Shown here: in pieces, positions 1 to 9,019 of the stretch
How positions within the stretch are numbered: position 1 is the first letter of the stretch
Layout: every line of letters begins with the position of its first letter
From: Candidatus Latescibacterota bacterium
Lineage (GTDB): Bacteria > Latescibacterota > UBA2968 > UBA8231
DNA length: 64,000 nucleotides
Assembly: GCA_965197905.1 (NCBI GenBank)
Contig: CBDAOB010000005.1
Coordinates: 1,504,001 to 1,568,000, forward strand
Reading direction: 5' to 3'
Notes under the pieces: model-generated
Databases searched by the model: none
The model's input: only the letters and a program-made list of their open reading frames with translations
What the model was told of the DNA's origin: nothing
Program-made: the position numbers and the translations under genes

Positions 1-181
1 TTTGGTGAGAGAGCGAGTTCCGGAATCGCCGTCATCAAGAGCAGTGCGTCAACGCGACAAGACGCCGCCTAGGAAAGTCTGATTCTCCAGATGGGGTTGA
101 AAATATTCCACTTGAACATGATATTTGGCATTGTCTACCGCAGGGGTTCTGCCAAGTGTTCCCCATAGCCGAAATCTGCAG

Positions 182-649
182 ATGAGCATCGAACAGGATC
201 TCAGCGCCGAGAAAGTATCGCACCTGGACCTCACCAGTTTCTCCCAGGTGCCCTCCGGCACACCTATTCACGAAGTCATAGGGATCATGCGCGATCAGCA
301 ATTGAGTGCGGTCCTTGTGACTGAGCAGGATCGCCTGATCGGGATTTTCACGGAGCGCGACGTGCTCTCGCGGGTGGCGGACGAGCCATCTACCTGGAAG
401 TTGCCGGTTGACGACATGATGACCGATTCGCCACAAACGGTTTCGCCCGACGCTAGGGTGCAAGAGGCGTTACACTTGATGAATGCCGGGCACTACCGCA
501 ATGTTCCCGTCGTCGCCCGCGACGGCCAGGTTGTTGGAAATCTCTCCCAATACAGCATCGTCAAATTTCTCACTGACCATTATCCCCGGGAGATCTACAA
601 TCTTCCACCCGACCCCGAGTCGATACCGAGGACGCGGGAAGGTGCGTAA
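182..649 (+). CDS. Tandem CBS-domain protein
   Basis: Two CBS repeats (LIGIFTERDVLSRV; YRNVPVV..VVGNLSQ). ATG at 182 preferred over the TTG at 125. Confidence 0.85.
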   Translation: MSIEQDLSAEKVSHLDLTSFSQVPSGTPIHEVIGIMRDQQLSAVLVTEQDRLIGIFTERDVLSRVADEPSTWKLPVDDMMTDSPQTVSPDARVQEALHLMNAGHYRNVPVVARDGQVVGNLSQYSIVKFLTDHYPREIYNLPPDPESIPRTREGA

Positions 650-729
650 CGGGTGACACCTCCGCGCGAACGCCGCACCAAAGCCCGCTTCTCAACGACG
701 ATGTCAGGCGTGTACGAGGAGGGCAAGTA

Positions 730-2664
730 ATGCCCAAAACGAAACTGTCGGTTGTGGGGGAGAAGAAACCTTCGGCGGATCGCGCTTCCGGGAACCACAA
801 AACGTGGGTGGCCGAGACGGATGGGGTGCCGGAAAACAATCTCGACGCCCAGGATTCGGTGGTGATTCGGTTCTCCGGTGATTCCGGCGACGGGATGCAG
901 CTCACGGGAACCCAGTTCACGAATACCTCCGCCATTCTCGGCAACGATGTCAGCACGTTTCCCGATTTCCCGGCCGAGATTCGCGCTCCCGTTGGAACGG
1001 TCGCGGGTCTAAGCGGCTTCCAGGTCAACTTTTCCTCGAATGAGGTCTACACCGCCGGTGATGCGCCAATGGTGTTGGTGGCGATGAATCCGGCAGCGTT
1101 GAAAGCCAATCTAGGTGATCTGGAGCCGGGCGGAATCATCATCGTCAACACCGACGCGTTTACGCGGAACAACCTGCGCAAAGCAGGGTACGAGATGAAT
1201 CCTCTCGACGATGATTCACTCTCTTCCTATGAGATCCATCGGGTGCCGCTCACCACGCTCAACCGTAGCGCCCTTCAGGACATCGAGGGTTTGACCAATC
1301 ATCAGAAGGACCTCTGCAAGAATTCATTTGCCCTTGGTTTGACTTATTGGATGTTCGACCGACCCCTCGAGCAAACCCTGGGGTTCTTCGAACAGAAATT
1401 TGCCAAACGCCCGACTGTCATCGAGGCGAATACCCGGTCGTTGAAAGCGGGGTACTACTTCGGTGAAACGACCGAAGCCTTTCAGAGTCGCGTTAGCGTA
1501 CCGCGGCGCACGGTGCTCGATCCGGGCACCTATCGGCGCGTAACCGGCAACGAGGCACTGGTGATGGGGCTGGTTACGGCGTCGAAGAAAGCCAGACGCC
1601 ACCTCGTATACGCGAGTTATCCGATTACTCCGGCAAGCACCATATTGGAAGAGCTGGCGGCTTTAAAAAATTTCGGCGTCCGCACGTTTCAAGCCGAGGA
1701 CGAGATCGCGGCGATCGGGGCGGCGATCGGCGCTGCGTTCGGCGGAGCCTTGGCGGTAACCGCCAGCAGCGGCCCCGGAATTGCGCTCAAGAGCGAGGGC
1801 ATGAATCTAGCGGTGGTGCTCGAATTACCCATGGTGATCATCGATATCCAGCGCGGAGGGCCCAGCACCGGACTGCCTACGAAAACGGAACAGACCGATC
1901 TTCTCCAGGTTCTCTTCGGCCGCAATGGCGAAAGCCCGATCCCGGTTTTGGCTGCGTCGACTCCCAGCGACTGTTTTGAGACCGCGATTGACGCTTGCCG
2001 GATTGCCATTCGCTCCATGACGCCGGTGGTGCTCGTCTCGGACGGGTATCTCGCAACCGGCTCTGAACCGTGGAAAATTCCGGATCCGTCCTCGATTGAA
2101 CGAATCAAGATCGAGAAGCTGAAGGATCCGTCTGGATACCAACCGTACGCCAGGTCGGATGCGACCCTGGCGCGATCCTGGGTCACTCCGGGCACGGCCG
2201 GATTCGAGCATCGCATCGGCGGATTGGGTAAGCAGGATGTGACCGGGAATGTATCCTACCTGCCGGAAGACCACGAGCACATGGTCCGTATGCGCCATGC
2301 AAAGGTTGCCCGCGTCGCTGACTTCATTCCCGATGTCGAGGTTTTCGGGCCCGAGAGGGGCGAGCTACTCGTACTTGGTTGGGGGGGTACCTTCGGTCCT
2401 ATTCGCGCCGCCGTCGAACGGACTCAGGGAGAAGGCAAATCGGTGGCGAGCGCGCACCTGCGGCACTTGAATCCGTTTCCGAAGAATCTCGGCGAGGTGC
2501 TCGACAGCTACGATCGCGTTCTACTGCCGGAACTCAATCTGGGTCAGCTGGCGATGCTGATTCGGGCGGCCTACAACGTTCAGGTGGAGTCCTACAACAA
2601 GGTGCAGGGACAGCCGTTCAAGATAGGCGAAATTGAAGAGCAGATTCGACAACTGCTAGGGTAG
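730..2664 (+). CDS. korA: 2-oxoacid:acceptor (ferredoxin) oxidoreductase alpha subunit (fused gamma-alpha)
   Basis: RFSGDSGDGMQLTG, YPITPAS, QAEDEIAA and QRGGPSTGLPTK motifs; GAGGAGG RBS upstream. Confidence 0.95.
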   Translation: MPKTKLSVVGEKKPSADRASGNHKTWVAETDGVPENNLDAQDSVVIRFSGDSGDGMQLTGTQFTNTSAILGNDVSTFPDFPAEIRAPVGTVAGLSGFQVNFSSNEVYTAGDAPMVLVAMNPAALKANLGDLEPGGIIIVNTDAFTRNNLRKAGYEMNPLDDDSLSSYEIHRVPLTTLNRSALQDIEGLTNHQKDLCKNSFALGLTYWMFDRPLEQTLGFFEQKFAKRPTVIEANTRSLKAGYYFGETTEAFQSRVSVPRRTVLDPGTYRRVTGNEALVMGLVTASKKARRHLVYASYPITPASTILEELAALKNFGVRTFQAEDEIAAIGAAIGAAFGGALAVTASSGPGIALKSEGMNLAVVLELPMVIIDIQRGGPSTGLPTKTEQTDLLQVLFGRNGESPIPVLAASTPSDCFETAIDACRIAIRSMTPVVLVSDGYLATGSEPWKIPDPSSIERIKIEKLKDPSGYQPYARSDATLARSWVTPGTAGFEHRIGGLGKQDVTGNVSYLPEDHEHMVRMRHAKVARVADFIPDVEVFGPERGELLVLGWGGTFGPIRAAVERTQGEGKSVASAHLRHLNPFPKNLGEVLDSYDRVLLPELNLGQLAMLIRAAYNVQVESYNKVQGQPFKIGEIEEQIRQLLG

Positions 2665-2702
2665 AGATACGTGAGCATCATTTCACAGAGAGGAGCACGG
2701 GA

Positions 2703-3749
2703 ATGACCGAGGCCGCGGCGGAGCAGAAGCTGACCAGGAAGGATTACGTCTCCGACCAGGACGTGCGCTGGTGTCCAGGTTGCGGCGACTACGCCATTCT
2801 GGCGCAGATGCAGAAGATGCTGCCGGAGATCGGAATTCCGCGTGAAAGTCTGGTTTTCGTCTCGGGAATCGGATGCTCCAGTCGCTTCCCTTATTACATG
2901 AACGCCTACGGGATACACGGCATCCACGGGCGCGCACCGACCATCGCCACCGGCCTCAAGCTTGCCAATCCGGAACTCAGCGTGTGGGTGATCACCGGAG
3001 ATGGCGACGGCCTCTCTATTGGCGGAAATCACCTGGTGCACTGTCTGCGGCGCAACGTGGACGTCAAGATTATTCTGTTCAACAACCGGGTATACGGCTT
3101 GACCAAGGGACAGTACTCTCCCACCTCGCTTCCGGGCCATCGTACCAAGAGCTCTCCGTTAGGCTCGGTGGACTACGCCTTCAAACCGCTCTCGGTAGCG
3201 CTGGGGACAGAGGCTTCGTTTGTCGCCCGCACCCAGGATACCAACACCAAACACCTCAGCGAGATTCTGCACCGCGCGGCGTTGCACAAGGGAACCGCGT
3301 TCGTCGAGATATTTCAAAACTGCGTCGTTTACCATCCCACCGCCTGGGACCACACGACGAACGCGGACAGACGCGATGACAACACCCTTTTTCTCGAGGA
3401 TGGCGCACCATTGATTTTTGGCAAGGACATGGACAAGGGTATTCGCCTCAATGGCATGGAACCGGAAGTCGTGAGTCTGGGACGGGGTGTGGAAGAAGCA
3501 GATCTGTTGGTTCACCGGGAATCCCTCGAAAGCACAAACTACGCCCATATGCTCAGTCGTATGGAACATCCCAGTTTTCCGGTTCCGTTCGGCGTGCTGA
3601 GGGCGGTAGAGCGGCCTTCCTACCACGAGCTGGTGCTCAACCAGGTGGAGCAGGCGATCGGGGAATCGGGAGACGGTGACCTGGAGGATTTGTACCGCAA
3701 CAGCGATACGTGGGAAGCCGATGAAGCCGGCTTGCCCATGGCCAGCTAA
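2703..3749 (+). CDS. korB: 2-oxoacid:ferredoxin oxidoreductase beta subunit
   Basis: WCPGCGD, SGIGCSSR, and TPP-binding GDGD...NN motif; AGGAG RBS. Confidence 0.95.
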   Translation: MTEAAAEQKLTRKDYVSDQDVRWCPGCGDYAILAQMQKMLPEIGIPRESLVFVSGIGCSSRFPYYMNAYGIHGIHGRAPTIATGLKLANPELSVWVITGDGDGLSIGGNHLVHCLRRNVDVKIILFNNRVYGLTKGQYSPTSLPGHRTKSSPLGSVDYAFKPLSVALGTEASFVARTQDTNTKHLSEILHRAALHKGTAFVEIFQNCVVYHPTAWDHTTNADRRDDNTLFLEDGAPLIFGKDMDKGIRLNGMEPEVVSLGRGVEEADLLVHRESLESTNYAHMLSRMEHPSFPVPFGVLRAVERPSYHELVLNQVEQAIGESGDGDLEDLYRNSDTWEADEAGLPMAS

Positions 3750-3764
3750 GGAGTAGAATTTGGC

Positions 3765-4289
3765 ATGATCTGTCCCTCTTGCGGATACGACAATATCTCG
3801 GGCAGCGACGTCTGCGAGGAGTGTCAACAAAGTTTGACCGTTGAACTTCAAGTCGAGTCGGACGCACCCACCATTCTCAATAAGCGCCTTTCTCTGCTCA
3901 ATCCCCGCCAACCGGAATGCGTTGGCCTCAAAACGACAGTCGACCAGGCGATAGAGCATTTGAAGGGTAAAAACGTCGGCTGTGTGATGGTCACCGGAGA
4001 GCGCGGTGAGCTGGTGGGGATTTTCACGGAGCGGGACGTGTTATATCGAGTGGCCGGCCTGGTGGAGCAGTTGAACGAGATTTTCGTCGAATCCGTGATG
4101 ACCCCACGCCCAACGAGCTTGAAACCGTTTATGTCGATTGCTCAGGCATGCCACCTCATGGGGCTGCACGGTTTCCGTCACATCCCGCTGGTCGATGAAC
4201 AGGAACGTCCCGTGGGTTTTATATCTCTGCGGGATATCGTCAACTTCATCGAGGAAAATTTCGCCACCGAAAAAGCTTCCTCCAACTGA
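3765..4289 (+). CDS. Zinc-ribbon plus tandem CBS-domain protein
   Basis: N-terminal CPSC-x10-CEEC followed by a CBS pair (LVGIFTERDVLYRV; FRHIPLVD); AAGGAG RBS. Confidence 0.85.
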   Translation: MICPSCGYDNISGSDVCEECQQSLTVELQVESDAPTILNKRLSLLNPRQPECVGLKTTVDQAIEHLKGKNVGCVMVTGERGELVGIFTERDVLYRVAGLVEQLNEIFVESVMTPRPTSLKPFMSIAQACHLMGLHGFRHIPLVDEQERPVGFISLRDIVNFIEENFATEKASSN

Positions 4290-4312
4290 ATTCGAAACGC
4301 GTTCCAATGAAT

Positions 4313-4349
4313 GACGAGGACCGGGCGATTTCTCCCGTCCTCGTTTTTT
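4313..4349 (+). terminator. Rho-independent terminator of the kor operon
   Basis: ACGAGGAC(C)GGG...CCCGTCCTCGT stem followed by a T run, 23 nt after the CBS stop. Confidence 0.7.
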
Positions 4350-4368
4350 GCGAAAGCGGGCAACCCCG

Positions 4369-4848
4369 ATGAGAGTACCGAGAGTAATACTGCCGCTGGC
4401 GTGTCTTCAGATCGCCATTTTAGGAGGCCCTGCGCAATGCGAGATCAGGAGCGGAGATCTAGAATTCACCCGCTCGATCAAGGAAGGGGAATGGCTTCGG
4501 GTCCAACTCGATCTTCTCGCCCTGCGGTTGAGTTATCCCGCTTACCGCATAAGCCTGTCTCTGGACGAAGAAAACCTCGTCGAGTTCACCTTCCTCAACA
4601 GTAGTGGCTTGGCGGATGATATGGTAAAAATGGGGAGAGCGGACACCGAGAAGATGTTGAAGTATCACGCCGAGGGAATCGGCTTTCAGGTTGAAGCCTT
4701 GATCGAGAACCTGTTTCCGAAGCTGTGGTCGAGTTTTGATGGAGACGTCGACTTCAAGGGTGAATTTCTGGTACCGGGTGAGAATCCCGAGGATGGCGCA
4801 AGAAAATTGGCCTACTGGCGACGGGGCAGATTCCACTGGAGCCAATAG
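4369..4848 (+). CDS. Hypothetical exported protein
   Basis: Signal-peptide-like N-terminus (MRVPRVILPLACLQIAILGGPAQC); no recognised domain. Confidence 0.6.
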   Translation: MRVPRVILPLACLQIAILGGPAQCEIRSGDLEFTRSIKEGEWLRVQLDLLALRLSYPAYRISLSLDEENLVEFTFLNSSGLADDMVKMGRADTEKMLKYHAEGIGFQVEALIENLFPKLWSSFDGDVDFKGEFLVPGENPEDGARKLAYWRRGRFHWSQ

Positions 4849-4859
4849 GTCACCGCTCC

Positions 4860-5087
4860 CTATTCGGGATCGTGGGAACGAATATCTCCGACCACGGTCT
4901 CGTCCAGGGCGATGTATTTGTCAATGGTCGGCTCTTCCGTCGTTATCAACCAACCTTCCACCTCTCTTCCAAACACCGAAATCGTTTTCGGTTCGACCTG
5001 GATAACCTTCGAGAAACGGGTGTGTTTCTCACGGTTCGTACAAAAGAAGGTCTGACGGCGCGTCATTCCTTTCTCAACCATTTCCAT
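4860..5087 (-). CDS. Hypothetical small protein (75 aa)
   Basis: Start overlaps the hemE 3' end; fills the gap to the convergent gene; protein-like composition. Confidence 0.5.
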   Translation of the reverse strand: MEMVEKGMTRRQTFFCTNREKHTRFSKVIQVEPKTISVFGREVEGWLITTEEPTIDKYIALDETVVGDIRSHDPE

Positions 5088-6135
5088 CTGCGGTACCTGC
5101 CTTCTGTCTGCGTGAGGCGGAATACTCGTGTACTACTTCCACGAGGCGGCGCACCATATCTACCGGTGTGTTGGGCAACAGACCATGACCCAAATTAAAG
5201 ATATGGGGTCGATCCCCCACGTCGTCAACAATTCTCTGTGCCTCACGAACTATATTTTCTTCCTTTCCCAGCAATATGCACGGGTCCAGATTGCCCTGCA
5301 GCGGAGTGGCGTCGCCGAGTATTTCATACGCCTGTTTCGGAGAGATGCGCCAATCGATGCTTACGACGTCCGCTCCCGCCTGTTTGATCAACGGCAAGAG
5401 ATGCGACGCGCCGAGCCCGAAATAGATGCGTGGCACCTGGCAGCTTTCGAGCTCGGCGAAGACCCGCTGCAAATGGGGCAGCGCCAGACGTTCGAAATCG
5501 AGGGTCGATAGAATCCCGATAGAGGTATCGAAAATCTGCAGCGCCCTCGCGCCAGCTTCCACCTGGCTGCGCAGGTAGACAATCAGTGCCGCGGTCAACT
5601 TGCCCATCAGGTCCTCCCCTGCGACCGGTTCCGCATGGAGGAAGCTCCTGAAGGTAGAGAAGTCTTTTGACCCGGTTCCTTCCACTGCCCAGGAAGCAAG
5701 GGTGAACGGCCCGCCTCCGTACCCTATCAACGGCACCTCCGGAGGCAGCGCAGCGCACACCTGGCGCACCGTCTGCGGCACGAACGGTATATCAGTTTCC
5801 ATGTCGATCGGCTGCAACCGGGCCACATCCTCTACGCTGCGAACCGGATTGCTGAAAACGGGCCCGGGGTCGTAGCGGAAGTCGAATCCCAGCGGTTCCA
5901 AGGGTGTGACCAGGTCGGCGAAGAGAATGGCCGCGTCTACGTTCAGCTGCTCCACCGGCATAAGCGTTATTTCCGTCGCCAGGTCGGGCGATTTGAACAT
6001 AACCTCGAGAGAGCCGGTTTTGTCGCGGATGTCGCGGTACGGTTTGAGGATGCGCCCTGCTTGCCGCATCAGCCAAATCGGCGTCGTGGCAGGCAAGCTG
6101 CCGCCGCAGGCGGCGAGAAATGGATTTGAATTCAC
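5074..6135 (-). CDS. hemE: Uroporphyrinogen decarboxylase
   Basis: PIWLMRQAGR signature, DAAILFAD, LQGNLDP, IFNLGHG. Confidence 0.95.
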   Translation of the reverse strand: MNSNPFLAACGGSLPATTPIWLMRQAGRILKPYRDIRDKTGSLEVMFKSPDLATEITLMPVEQLNVDAAILFADLVTPLEPLGFDFRYDPGPVFSNPVRSVEDVARLQPIDMETDIPFVPQTVRQVCAALPPEVPLIGYGGGPFTLASWAVEGTGSKDFSTFRSFLHAEPVAGEDLMGKLTAALIVYLRSQVEAGARALQIFDTSIGILSTLDFERLALPHLQRVFAELESCQVPRIYFGLGASHLLPLIKQAGADVVSIDWRISPKQAYEILGDATPLQGNLDPCILLGKEENIVREAQRIVDDVGDRPHIFNLGHGLLPNTPVDMVRRLVEVVHEYSASRRQKAGTADGNG

Positions 6136-6160
6136 GAGAGAAGCGGAGGTGTTACGGACC

Positions 6161-7642
6161 CTACCAGTTGGGGCACAGCCCCAACGCCTTGTTTCTAGTC
6201 TGGCGCGACAGGTGGCGCAATCTTATTCCGGCATCCGAGTAGTAGATACAGACAAAATCGGTTTTCGACGCGTCCGTCGAAGTCCAATCGAGTGTTGCCT
6301 TTTGAAACATCTGGCCCAGCACCATACGCCCGACGATGAGGTCGTAAAGCGCTTCGGTCAGCGTCCGTCGGCGCACCAGGTGCGATGACAGCTTCAAGGT
6401 TGAAGCCAGGTACCGCAGGTACTGGTTGTGCTCCATATACGATTTGTCAAGAGACTCCCGGGGTGCTTCCGGGAGTACCACCGCCCAGCCCGGTTCGGGG
6501 GTTTCTTGATTCATAAAGGAACAGGAACGATACTGGGCGACGTCCTTGATGTCTGCGAAGAGCCCGATATATATCTTCGCCAGGTTCTTGAGTGTACAGG
6601 GATACATCGTGCCCTCGCGATAGAATCGAGATACCCGAGGGATCAGTAGGAACTGCTGCTTGCATTGCTTGTGGGTCTGCAACGTGGCGATGACTTGATC
6701 CTCGAGCTTGGCGCGAAGCCTGTTCTCAAGATTTGCGACATCTGGCTCGGGCAGAGAGAACCCCATGCTGGCCTGAAGGTCGTCGAGGCTGACCTTCGCG
6801 GAAAATATGTCGACGGTTTCGGCTCCGGAGGCAGCCTGCCTAGTTGTTGGACCGCGAATCTTGGACGCCTTCTCCTCTCTGGACTGAAGTTGATGTGCAC
6901 GGCTGTCGCTCTCCTGCGTGGCCGCGGGGAGTGATGGAGCCGCGTCGCTCGTCGTCGGCTGATTAAACAGCTCGTCTCCCACCGACCCGACCTCGCCGGC
7001 ATCGAAAGCCGGGGTCTTGTCCTTGTCTTCTAATTGCTCGGCAGACGCAGCGACATCCTCATCGGCGTCCCTGACTGGGGAGCTGGTTTCCACCAGGCCC
7101 GAGTCACTGTCCGGATCCGCTTCCAGCGGCGGTGGGTCTGCCATCGGTTCCGAGCTGTCCGAGACTTCCTCGGCCGTCGGGAACACACCCGCCTCAAACA
7201 CCGCGTCCTTGGCGGAACTGCCAAACAGATCGTCCGCATCCGCGGCCATTACCGCGTACGGCTCTTCGTCCGCATCCTCGAAGGCGGTTGCATCCGCGGC
7301 CGACTCTGGGGCATCGGGATCCCGGGCGGCGAAATAGGGGGTCTCCTGGACCTCATTCGCTGCCGCGTTCAGTTCCTCGACTTCGATCAGGTCTCCGTGA
7401 CGATCGAGGATCTCCTGAATCCGTTCGGTGAGATGTCCGTTGACGCTGAAGCGGTTTTGGGCGCAATAGAGGGCCGTGACGGCTCTCTTTAGGTCGGCGG
7501 TACCGAGGTGTTCCTCGACGCGCTCAAACGGATCGAGCAGATCGACCGTCCAGCCGGTGGCAAGCGCCTGGTCACCAACGCGGCGAATATGCTCCTGAAG
7601 AGCTCGAATTTCGGAGGTTAGCTGTTCTTCGATCTGTTCCAC
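6161..7642 (-). CDS. Hypothetical protein: helical N-terminus, long acidic disordered linker, C-terminal CLec-like domain
   Basis: 493-aa ORF; the C-terminal ~210 aa align by eye with the C-terminus of 7786..9018. The fold assignment is inference. Confidence 0.75.
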   Translation of the reverse strand: MEQIEEQLTSEIRALQEHIRRVGDQALATGWTVDLLDPFERVEEHLGTADLKRAVTALYCAQNRFSVNGHLTERIQEILDRHGDLIEVEELNAAANEVQETPYFAARDPDAPESAADATAFEDADEEPYAVMAADADDLFGSSAKDAVFEAGVFPTAEEVSDSSEPMADPPPLEADPDSDSGLVETSSPVRDADEDVAASAEQLEDKDKTPAFDAGEVGSVGDELFNQPTTSDAAPSLPAATQESDSRAHQLQSREEKASKIRGPTTRQAASGAETVDIFSAKVSLDDLQASMGFSLPEPDVANLENRLRAKLEDQVIATLQTHKQCKQQFLLIPRVSRFYREGTMYPCTLKNLAKIYIGLFADIKDVAQYRSCSFMNQETPEPGWAVVLPEAPRESLDKSYMEHNQYLRYLASTLKLSSHLVRRRTLTEALYDLIVGRMVLGQMFQKATLDWTSTDASKTDFVCIYYSDAGIRLRHLSRQTRNKALGLCPNW

Positions 7643-7728
7643 TGACCGTTCCCGTCAGAGGATGTAGAGGCGTACATCACGTGCGATAATACTACTTATA
7701 TCGGAATATATATCAAAAAACGACAATT

Positions 7729-7750
7729 CTTGGTGATTTCGATCACAAAT
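7729..7750. promoter_or_regulatory. CRP/FNR-family-like binding box upstream of 6161..7642
   Basis: Minus strand ATTTGTGATCGAAATCACCAAG, i.e. TGTGA-N6-TCACC, one mismatch from the TGTGA-N6-TCACA core, in an AT-rich spacer. Confidence 0.45.
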
Positions 7751-7785
7751 TGCTTCGAAAGCTGGGAACACCCCGAATCGGAAGG

Positions 7786-9018
7786 CTAACTGAAAACGAC
7801 CGCGGGCAACACCCCAGGCCAGCGAGGTCTTCTCGGTCGCCAGTGCGGAGTGCCTCTGTTGCCGGAGATGCGCAACGTGCCATCCTTTTGATACAGGAAA
7901 ACCTGCTTGACCCCGCCCTTGCGTCCTTGTTGGTAGCTCGTTCGGGTCATGCTGTTGCAGTCGTCAAAGAAGCTCTCCTTGGTGGAGAGGGTGAGCATGA
8001 CGCGATCGTAGACCTCCTCGAGGGCGCTCTTCTGACAGACCTGCTCCGCCGGCAGATCGTTTGCCCGGGCGTACATGAGCAGCCTTATTCCCGGCTTCTT
8101 GAATGAACAGTTGAGGTATTGTCGATCGACGAAAGCCCAATGAGTCTGTTCGATGCCGGATACGTAGAAGTCGCAGCTGGAGTACCATAAAGAGCGCTCA
8201 GATGCGGAGATGAAGAAGCTTCCAAAATTCTGCCGAATCGAGGCAATGCTGCACGGCACCTTCGTATCAGATCCCTGGCTCTGGGGGAAATCGGCCACTC
8301 TCAGGACGAGCGCGTAGTCCCCAAAGGTGTTCTGGAGGGTCTTGATTCTCCCTTTTTCTACATGGGGTTTGAGTTCATCGTTTTCGAACAGGGTGGACCA
8401 AACCTGGGCGAGAGGCCGGTAGATCTGCTCCAATTCCTCCGGCGAGAAAGAAACGCCCATCAGACCCGAGAGCTGGTCAGGGCCGACGTATCGATCCTTA
8501 AAAACTCTCTCAAGGCGCTCGTAAAGCGGAAGATCCAGCAAGCCGCTGCGCTGCTTTTTGCCGGTCTTGGGAACCTTCTCGTCTTCGGCGTCGATCTTTT
8601 TGACGAAGATCTTGCGGTCCTTCTTGACCGCCGCGAGCTCCGTCTGCAGCTCCGTCAGTAGTGGTTTTTCGATCTCGAGCGGTTCGTCATGACTTATAGA
8701 CTCTACGTGGGCGACATCCTCGACGATCTCCGCCTGAAGCTCGTTTACCTGGGCGCGGTTCTTGACGATGCGATGGACGGGATTGAGCAGCCGCTTCAAT
8801 GCGGTTACTCGATCGATGTATGGCTTGATTTTCTGTGCTATCGAGCGTGCCGACTCGAGGTCGGTGATCGGCGTGGTTTCATCGTGCGCCAGTCCGAGAA
8901 TACGTTCGGCCGCCGCTTCAGTCTGTTGGCGCAGGCGCTCGAACTCCTCTTCGGATTCTGCTTCCTCCGACTGGTTCTCAACGTGAGGCCCTTCAGCTGA
9001 GGTCATCACTGGCATCAA
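7786..9018 (-). CDS. Hypothetical protein: coiled-coil N-terminus, C-terminal CLec-like domain (paralog of 6161..7642)
   Basis: 410-aa ORF starting 1-4 nt after the stop of the 930-aa gene; shares motifs with the neighbouring paralog. Confidence 0.75.
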   Translation of the reverse strand: MMPVMTSAEGPHVENQSEEAESEEEFERLRQQTEAAAERILGLAHDETTPITDLESARSIAQKIKPYIDRVTALKRLLNPVHRIVKNRAQVNELQAEIVEDVAHVESISHDEPLEIEKPLLTELQTELAAVKKDRKIFVKKIDAEDEKVPKTGKKQRSGLLDLPLYERLERVFKDRYVGPDQLSGLMGVSFSPEELEQIYRPLAQVWSTLFENDELKPHVEKGRIKTLQNTFGDYALVLRVADFPQSQGSDTKVPCSIASIRQNFGSFFISASERSLWYSSCDFYVSGIEQTHWAFVDRQYLNCSFKKPGIRLLMYARANDLPAEQVCQKSALEEVYDRVMLTLSTKESFFDDCNSMTRTSYQQGRKGGVKQVFLYQKDGTLRISGNRGTPHWRPRRPRWPGVLPAVVFS

Positions 9019-9019
9019 C

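Noticed and set aside
1..35. Start of a minus-strand gene (ATG at 35) running off the window
   Set aside because: Only 11 codons are visible; not enough to call.
6161..9018. A complete diversity-generating retroelement
   Set aside because: No RT, Avd or near-identical template repeat is visible in the window; only the domain resemblance remains.
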